Source: a virus. Taken from it: a DNA stretch of 5,419 nt. The notes below the pieces were generated by a model that saw nothing but the letters and a program-made list of their open reading frames with translations, did not search any database and had not been told where the DNA came from. The translations under genes were made by a program, and so were the position numbers. Location: UHGV virus genome UHGV-0213104; one strand, given 5' to 3'. Shown here in pieces: positions 1 to 3,478 of the stretch; within the stretch, counting starts at the first letter, position 1; every line of letters begins with the position of its first letter.

Positions 1-3
1 ATT

Positions 4-339
4 ATGAAATATCCAAAATATCACACACCATTTTCAAACATGAAAGGTGTAGAAATGACAGAAGGTGAAACAATTGAAACAAAAGTAAGAAGAATTGTAG
101 AGGAAAAAGAACCAATTAGCGATACAGCACCAATTATCTATACAAATAGAGCGGACGGTGTAATAGCAGGCTATAACATCAGAACAGATAGATTTGATAT
201 AGCATTATCAGCAATGGATACAGTAAACAAAGCCAAGATTGCAACAAGAAACGGGAAGAACAAAGTAGAGGAATCCGATTCAAATAAAGAAATAGAATCG
301 AATACCGATATGCAAGCAGGAGAGACAAATGTTGCATAA
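4..339 (+). CDS. Hypothetical small protein (ORF1), function unknown. It may be 5'-partial, or may start right after the VP1 stop if the genome is circular.
   Basis: 111-aa ORF. Its ATG at 4 lies in the same (A)nCAATTATGA context as the other gene starts. It sits immediately upstream of the VP2-like gene. It contains a conserved-looking core, PIIYTNRADGVIAGYNIRTDRFDIALSAMD, that I cannot assign to a named family from memory. Its codon and base composition match the rest of the phage. Confidence 0.45.
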   Translation: MKYPKYHTPFSNMKGVEMTEGETIETKVRRIVEEKEPISDTAPIIYTNRADGVIAGYNIRTDRFDIALSAMDTVNKAKIATRNGKNKVEESDSNKEIESNTDMQAGETNVA

Positions 340-375
340 GGCGTAGGAAGCCGTCACTACATTAAAGATGAACCG

Positions 376-410
376 ACCAACGGGAAATGTAAAAACAAAG
401 TACCGTTGGT
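376..410 (+). other. Intergenic hairpin ACCAACGG-(19 nt)-CCGTTGGT between ORF1 and VP2
   Basis: Perfect 8-bp stem (376-383 / 403-410) with a 19-nt A-rich loop. It is not followed by a T-tract. Confidence 0.4.
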
Positions 411-445
411 ACGCATGTAGTATTATATATCTAGTATATTGTAGA

Positions 446-463
446 GCTCTTTTAAAAAAGAGC
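446..463 (+). other. Palindrome GCTCTTTT-AA-AAAAGAGC ~30 nt upstream of the VP2 start
   Basis: Perfect 8-bp inverted repeat with a 2-nt centre; it contains a SacI-type GAGCTC. It could be a hairpin in ssDNA or RNA, or a dimeric protein-binding site. Confidence 0.4.
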
Positions 464-492
464 GAAAATTGTAAATTTAAATTATTAAAATT

Positions 493-1206
493 ATGGCAGG
501 AATGGCACTAGCAGCAGGAGCAGCAGGAGCAGCAGGAACAACATTTGCTCAAACAGCTGGACAAGCATTCGCAAGCGCATTGCCACAAATGGCAATGACA
601 GCAAGCGGGGGAATATTCGGAAGTATTTCAGCAAAGAAACAACAAAAAAGAGCACACGCGTATAATCTCGAATACATGGATAAACAATTTCAACAAAACA
701 AAGAAGCAGCAGCAATTAACCAAGGTTATGCAAAAGAAATGTGGGATTATACAAACTTTGAAAATCAAAGAAAACACATGGAAGCAGCAAATTTAAATCC
801 AGCACTAATGTACGGAATGGGAGGAGCAGCAGGCGGAAGTGCTTCAGGTGCAGGAACAGTCGGAGGAGGAGGAAGTTTGCCAGGTACTAACCCAGTAAGC
901 GCAGGAGCGCAAGCCGGGGGAATGACTATACAGGGTGCAATGATGATGAGTGAAATCGCGAAGAACTTCGCACAAGCAAGTAAAGACGAAGCAGACGCAA
1001 ATAAGAAGAAAGGCGTAGATACAGAAGAAGCACGCGCAAGAATCAACTTGATAGAAAAACAAGCAGAAGTAGAAGAAGAAGTAAAACAACTAACAGCAGC
1101 AAACTATTTCAAAGTATTGAAAGAACAAGAGGAAGTTTCTAGAAAGATGCAGAAAACAAACAGGAAAATCTATAAAACACTGGTGTATAACAGAATTAGG
1201 AGATGA
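493..1206 (+). CDS. Microviridae VP2-like minor capsid / DNA pilot protein
   Basis: 237 aa. The N-terminus is Ala/Gly-rich (MAGMALAAGAAGAAG...). The central block YAKEMWDYTNFENQRKHMEAANLNPALMYGMGGAAGG matches the conserved gokushovirus VP2 signature (M.NTAYQR...DMKAAGLNPALAYG followed by a Gly-rich tract). The C-terminus is charged and helical. The start context is TTAAAATTATGGCA. Confidence 0.85.
   Translation: MAGMALAAGAAGAAGTTFAQTAGQAFASALPQMAMTASGGIFGSISAKKQQKRAHAYNLEYMDKQFQQNKEAAAINQGYAKEMWDYTNFENQRKHMEAANLNPALMYGMGGAAGGSASGAGTVGGGGSLPGTNPVSAGAQAGGMTIQGAMMMSEIAKNFAQASKDEADANKKKGVDTEEARARINLIEKQAEVEEEVKQLTAANYFKVLKEQEEVSRKMQKTNRKIYKTLVYNRIRR
1044..1053 (+). other. Candidate Rep nick site (rolling-circle double-strand origin): exact CAACTTGATA decamer
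   Basis: The 10-mer CAACTTGATA is identical to the first 10 nt of the phiX174 origin, which is the minimal ssDNA substrate of the gene A protein (nick after G, here between 1050 and 1051). It occurs once on the + strand. It lies inside the 3' part of VP2 and ~70 nt upstream of the Rep catalytic-domain coding region. This parallels phiX174, where the origin is embedded in gene A. Confidence 0.4.
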
Positions 1207-1753
1207 AAAAGGAAGGATTCATCTACATGGAATATTTTTCGGACAAAATGTAAACGAAGTAATAAAAAAGAATTGGAAATACGGATTTATATACATAGGA
1301 CAATATGTAAACGAAAGGACGATAATGTACATTACAAAATATATGTTCAAACAATGTGAATACAACAAACTATTTAAAGGGAAAGTGCTTTCAAGTAGCG
1401 GTATAGGTGCGGGGTACGTTTCCCGATTCGATTCCTCGCGCAATAAATACAAAGAGAATAAAAATACAAATGAAACTTATCAATTCAGGAACGGAATAAA
1501 AGTAAACCTTCCGAATTATTACAGAAACAAAATTTATTCAGAAGAAGAAAAAGAAAAACTATGGATTGAAAAATTAGAACAAGGATACATTTGGATAATG
1601 GGAGAAAAAGTAAACGCAAGAAATCCTGAAGAGTTCAGTAAGTGTTTAGAATATTATCAAGCGCGAGCCATTGAACTAGGAGGAGCAAGAAAAGAAGATT
1701 GGGAAAAATCAAAATACATAAGAAGGTTAATAAAGGAGAATAGAAGGCGCTAA
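1121..1753 (+). CDS. Microviridae VP4-like rolling-circle replication initiator (HUH endonuclease). The 5' end is unresolved: the frame is open from 1121 but the first ATG is at 1325.
   Basis: Frame +2 is open from 1121 to the TAA at 1751-1753. It encodes KNKRKFLERCRKQTGKSIKHWCITELGDEKGRIHLHGIFF (RCR motif II, HLH at 1220-1228). It then encodes QYVNERTIMYITKYMFK (RCR motif III, YxxKY, at 1328-1342). The C-terminal SSSGIGAGYV...NLPNYYRNKIY segment matches the gokushovirus VP4 C-terminus (PGIG ... LPRYY). There is no ATG/GTG/TTG in this frame between 1121 and 1325, and no motif I (uTLTu) anywhere upstream. The 5' 86 nt overlap the VP2 3' end in another frame. Confidence 0.8.
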   Translation, partial: KNKRKFLERCRKQTGKSIKHWCITELGDEKGRIHLHGIFFGQNVNEVIKKNWKYGFIYIGQYVNERTIMYITKYMFKQCEYNKLFKGKVLSSSGIGAGYVSRFDSSRNKYKENKNTNETYQFRNGIKVNLPNYYRNKIYSEEEKEKLWIEKLEQGYIWIMGEKVNARNPEEFSKCLEYYQARAIELGGARKEDWEKSKYIRRLIKENRRR

Positions 1754-1760
1754 AGCGCCT
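1745..1760 (+). other. GC hairpin overlapping the rep stop codon (AGGCGC-TAAA-GCGCCT)
   Basis: Perfect 6-bp GC-rich stem with a TAAA loop. The loop contains the rep TAA stop. The following sequence is ACCTTTCGG, with only a short T run, so it is at best a weak intrinsic terminator. It marks the left edge of the GC-rich island. Confidence 0.5.
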
Positions 1761-1768
1761 ACCTTTCG

Positions 1769-1804
1769 GCATTGGACGCCGTGCGGAATGCGCTATGCAG
1801 CGTG
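1769..1804 (+). repeat. Direct repeat copy 1 (36 bp, perfect): GCATTGGACGCCGTGCGGAATGCGCTATGCAGCGTG
   Basis: Identical to 2068-2103. It contains an internal inverted repeat GCATT...AATGC with a 13-nt loop, and the 9-mer CTATGCAGC. Confidence 0.9.
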
Positions 1805-2067
1805 TACCGTGCGGCGTGTTTTTTGTCACCTACGGCGACTGAGAACCTAGGTTCTCTATCCTCTCCTCTTCGGTGTATAGCGGGACACAGCTTTTTTGTT
1901 AGTCCGAGGGATAGCTACCTTCCGAACCGTTTTGGAGTCCGGAGTGCACCCGCGAAACAAGTTCGCGTGGTGTGCGCCTTCGGCGATACTAAGGTGCTAG
2001 TCGCTGAGGGGCGAGTTCTCGCCCTGTCACCCGAGAAGCGCTCTAGCGCCGCGCAGGCGCCTATGCA

Positions 2068-2103
2068 GCATTGGACGCCGTGCGGAATGCGCTATGCAGC
2101 GTG
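2068..2103 (+). repeat. Direct repeat copy 2 (36 bp, perfect). It is preceded by a third copy of the CTATGCAGC 9-mer at 2061-2069.
   Basis: Identical to 1769-1804, 299 bp downstream of it. The flanking bases differ (1768 G vs 2067 A; 1805 T vs 2104 G), so the repeat length is exactly 36. Confidence 0.9.
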
Positions 2104-2117
2104 GTAAATATGTGGCA

Positions 2118-2137
2118 CATTCCGAGATTACGGAATG
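2118..2137 (+). other. Hairpin CATTCCG-AGATTA-CGGAATG immediately downstream of repeat copy 2
   Basis: Perfect 7-bp inverted repeat. The heptamer CGGAATG also occurs inside each 36-bp repeat (GTGCGGAATGCGC). CATTCCG at 2118-2124 could therefore pair either locally or with repeat copy 2. Confidence 0.5.
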
Positions 2138-2249
2138 GAATAAAAAAGAAGAAGAAAAAAATAAATAAATAATTCACACAAAACGGTGAATTAGCCACAT
2201 AAAATTCTCTTAAGATTAAGAATTTTTAATAAAAAAGAGAAGGAAAAAA

Positions 2250-2280
2250 TTTGTAGATTAAAATAAAACGCTTACCTTTG
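2250..2280 (+). promoter_or_regulatory. Bacteroidetes-type sigma-A promoter: -33 TTTG (2250-2253), a 19-nt spacer, -7 TACCTTTG (2273-2280)
   Basis: It matches the Bacteroides consensus (-33 TTTG, -7 TAnnTTTG, ~19-21 nt spacing). It is the only TAnnTTTG in the window. It lies in the A/T-rich intergenic region ~90 nt upstream of the first gene of the small-ORF/VP1 block. The predicted TSS is near 2286-2288. Confidence 0.5.
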
Positions 2281-2366
2281 TAGTGTGAGAAAGAAATAGA
2301 GAAAATAAAACAAATTGTTCCACGTGAAACAAATAAAATATCAACATTAATTTAAAATACAATATT

Positions 2367-2549
2367 ATGATTATCGAATTAAAAATTAAAAAGGGTTCTG
2401 AAACAACTAAGAAAAAAATAGAAGTAAAAGCAGAAACCATTATGGAAATGATAGAAGAAAAATATTTAGTTGAAATATACAATGAATTAAATAAACAAAA
2501 TTACAACCATGAAGCAGGATACATAATATCAATTACAGATAAAGATTAA
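2367..2549 (+). CDS. Hypothetical small protein (60 aa), Lys/Glu-rich
   Basis: ORF with ATG in an AATATTATGA context, the first gene downstream of the predicted promoter. No recognisable family. Confidence 0.4.
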   Translation: MIIELKIKKGSETTKKKIEVKAETIMEMIEEKYLVEIYNELNKQNYNHEAGYIISITDKD

Positions 2550-2569
2550 TAACAACTAAATTAAAAATT

Positions 2570-2767
2570 ATGGAATTATTTACTATTTATTGGGAATCTC
2601 GAAAAGGAGAAGAATTGACAACAATCGAAGAAGCGGAAGACTTAAGAAAAGCATTAAGACAGGTAAACTACTTCGAGAAAAAAACAGGTTACAAAATTGT
2701 AGGTATAGAAATGATTAAAAAAAATGGAAAGGAGGAAAAAGAAAACACTCTATTGGATAAAGAATAG
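2570..2767 (+). CDS. Hypothetical small protein (65 aa)
   Basis: ATG in the AAAAATTATGGAA context, the same motif as the VP1 and VP2 starts. Charged composition. No recognisable family. Confidence 0.45.
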   Translation: MELFTIYWESRKGEELTTIEEAEDLRKALRQVNYFEKKTGYKIVGIEMIKKNGKEEKENTLLDKE

Positions 2768-2981
2768 AGAATTTAAAACATATGGGAAAATGAAAGAATA
2801 CGCATTTTTCCATATGCATAAAGGAGAATCGGAAAGAGCCGATATGATAAACGAAGATGGAGAGATTGAAAAAATCTATCTAATCGAACGAACTGATAGA
2901 CGTGTAATTATAAAGACGGTTAAAGATTACAAAAAAGAACAAATCGAAAAAGAAAACCAAAAACAGTTAAATTTATGGTAA
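2724..2981 (+). CDS. Hypothetical small protein (85 aa from ATG 2724; alternative start at ATG 2790 gives 63 aa)
   Basis: ORF overlapping the 3' end of the previous gene in another frame. The stop TAA at 2979-2981 overlaps the next start (ATGGTAA). The N-terminus is basic (MERRKKK). Confidence 0.35.
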   Translation: MERRKKKTLYWIKNREFKTYGKMKEYAFFHMHKGESERADMINEDGEIEKIYLIERTDRRVIIKTVKDYKKEQIEKENQKQLNLW

Positions 2982-3178
2982 CAAAAACAAAAAAAGAAAT
3001 ATGGATTTTAATATTAAAGATTATTGCGGCAATCGCCGCTGCAATCTTAGGAGTACTAGGAGTACAGAGCTGTACAATGAGTATGAGTATTGCAAAAAAT
3101 AATAACAACGCTACGCAGCAAACAGAGCAAAAAGCTACTAGCGAAGTAAAAAATGATAGTATTAACTTAAAATTTTAA
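2975..3178 (+). CDS. Small membrane or lipoprotein-like peptide (67 aa). Candidate lysis (amurin-like) or superinfection-exclusion protein.
   Basis: N-terminus MVTKTKKE is followed by a 22-residue hydrophobic segment IWILILKIIAAIAAAILGVLGV, then QSC, a loose lipobox-like V-Q-S-C, then a polar Asn/Gln-rich tail. The start is translationally coupled to the upstream ORF (ATGGTAA). It is located just before the scaffold-like and capsid genes. Confidence 0.5.
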   Translation: MVTKTKKEIWILILKIIAAIAAAILGVLGVQSCTMSMSIAKNNNNATQQTEQKATSEVKNDSINLKF

Positions 3179-3182
3179 AATT

Positions 3183-3476
3183 ATGACAGAAAGAGAACAT
3201 GAAGTTAAAAAGCTGTTTCAAATCATCAGAACAACAACACATGAGGAACAAGAAGAATATGTAATCGTAATTGGAAAACATCTAGCAACAGAGGCAAAAT
3301 TTTCATCAAGAGAAGAGGCAGAAGAGTTCATAGAATCAAAAGATTATGACTTAATTTGGGCATTAATTGCTGCATTAATTGATGCAAAAGACGCCGAAGA
3401 AATGGAAGTACAACAAGAAAAAGATATACAAGAAGTAGAAGAAGCAATCCAAAAACAAACCATTAAAGATTTATAA
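3183..3476 (+). CDS. Small highly acidic protein (97 aa). Candidate scaffolding protein (VP3-like).
   Basis: Very Glu/Asp-rich with predicted helical character. The start context is TTAAAATTATGAC. Its stop TAA (3474-3476) is 2 nt before the VP1 ATG (3479), i.e. a tightly coupled scaffold-then-capsid arrangement. Confidence 0.5.
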   Translation: MTEREHEVKKLFQIIRTTTHEEQEEYVIVIGKHLATEAKFSSREEAEEFIESKDYDLIWALIAALIDAKDAEEMEVQQEKDIQEVEEAIQKQTIKDL

Positions 3477-3478
3477 TT

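Larger units (their letters stand above)
1744..2104 (+). other. GC-rich, hairpin-dense non-coding island. Candidate complementary-strand origin or structured ncRNA, or an inserted element. Bounded by 36-bp direct repeats.
   Basis: Hand-counted 60-nt blocks give 53-72% GC, against roughly one third in the flanking genes. No ORF here has phage-like codon usage. Stable local hairpins include:
- 1745-1760;
- the perfect 16-bp palindrome GAGAACCTAGGTTCTC at 1841-1856;
- CGCGAA-ACAAG-TTCGCG at 1951-1967, extendable to 1945-1975;
- GCGCCTTCGGCG at 1975-1986;
- GGGCGAG-TT-CTCGCCC at 2009-2024;
- GCGCC-GCGCA-GGCGC at 2046-2060.
The whole is flanked by identical 36-mers at 1769-1804 and 2068-2103. Confidence 0.6.

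Noticed and set aside
491-715. Minus-strand 74-aa ORF overlapping the VP2 start (poly-Leu)
   Set aside because: Low-complexity antisense artefact of the GCAGCAGGAGCAGCAGGAGCA repeat in the VP2 N-terminus.
765-1089. Minus-strand ORFs (765-1046, 844-1089) antisense to VP2
   Set aside because: They are Pro/Cys/Phe-rich mirror images of the Gly/Ala/Lys-rich sense strand. All recognisable Microviridae genes are on the + strand, as expected for this family.
1219-1829. Minus-strand ORFs 1219-1452 and 1635-1829 antisense to rep
   Set aside because: They are antisense to a well-supported Rep coding region, have no start context and no family resemblance.
1805-2067. tRNA, hammerhead ribozyme or group I intron within the GC island
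   Set aside because: I found no cloverleaf with a GTTCRANYC-type T-loop. A CTGAGGG...GAAG stretch near 2003-2040 does not complete the hammerhead core (no CUGAUGA...GAAA with appropriate helices). The island does not interrupt a coding sequence. The island could still be another structured RNA; a covariance-model search is needed.
1769-2103. CRISPR mini-array (repeat-spacer-repeat) interpretation of the two 36-bp repeats
   Set aside because: The interval between repeats is 263 bp, far longer than any spacer. There are only two repeats, and the 36-mer does not resemble Bacteroidetes CRISPR repeat families I can recall.
1769-2103. Prophage attL/attR or target-site duplication interpretation of the 36-bp repeats
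   Set aside because: The repeats are internal to the phage genome and only 299 bp apart, not at prophage ends. 36 bp is too long for a transposon target-site duplication. A small mobilisable insertion is not excluded and is kept as an alternative under the main finding.
1772-2107. 111-aa + strand ORF (TTG start) running from repeat copy 1 to repeat copy 2 across the GC island
   Set aside because: It is open only because the region is GC-rich. The two identical 36-mers are read in different frames. The composition is Cys/Arg/Ala/Ser-rich, and the codon usage is completely unlike the A-rich phage genes. There is no AATTATG start context.
2258-3108. Minus-strand ORFs 2258-2482 and 2920-3108 (Phe/Leu/Ile-rich)
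   Set aside because: The hydrophobicity comes from reading AAA/GAA-rich sense codons in reverse (TTT/TTC). They overlap better-supported + strand ORFs.
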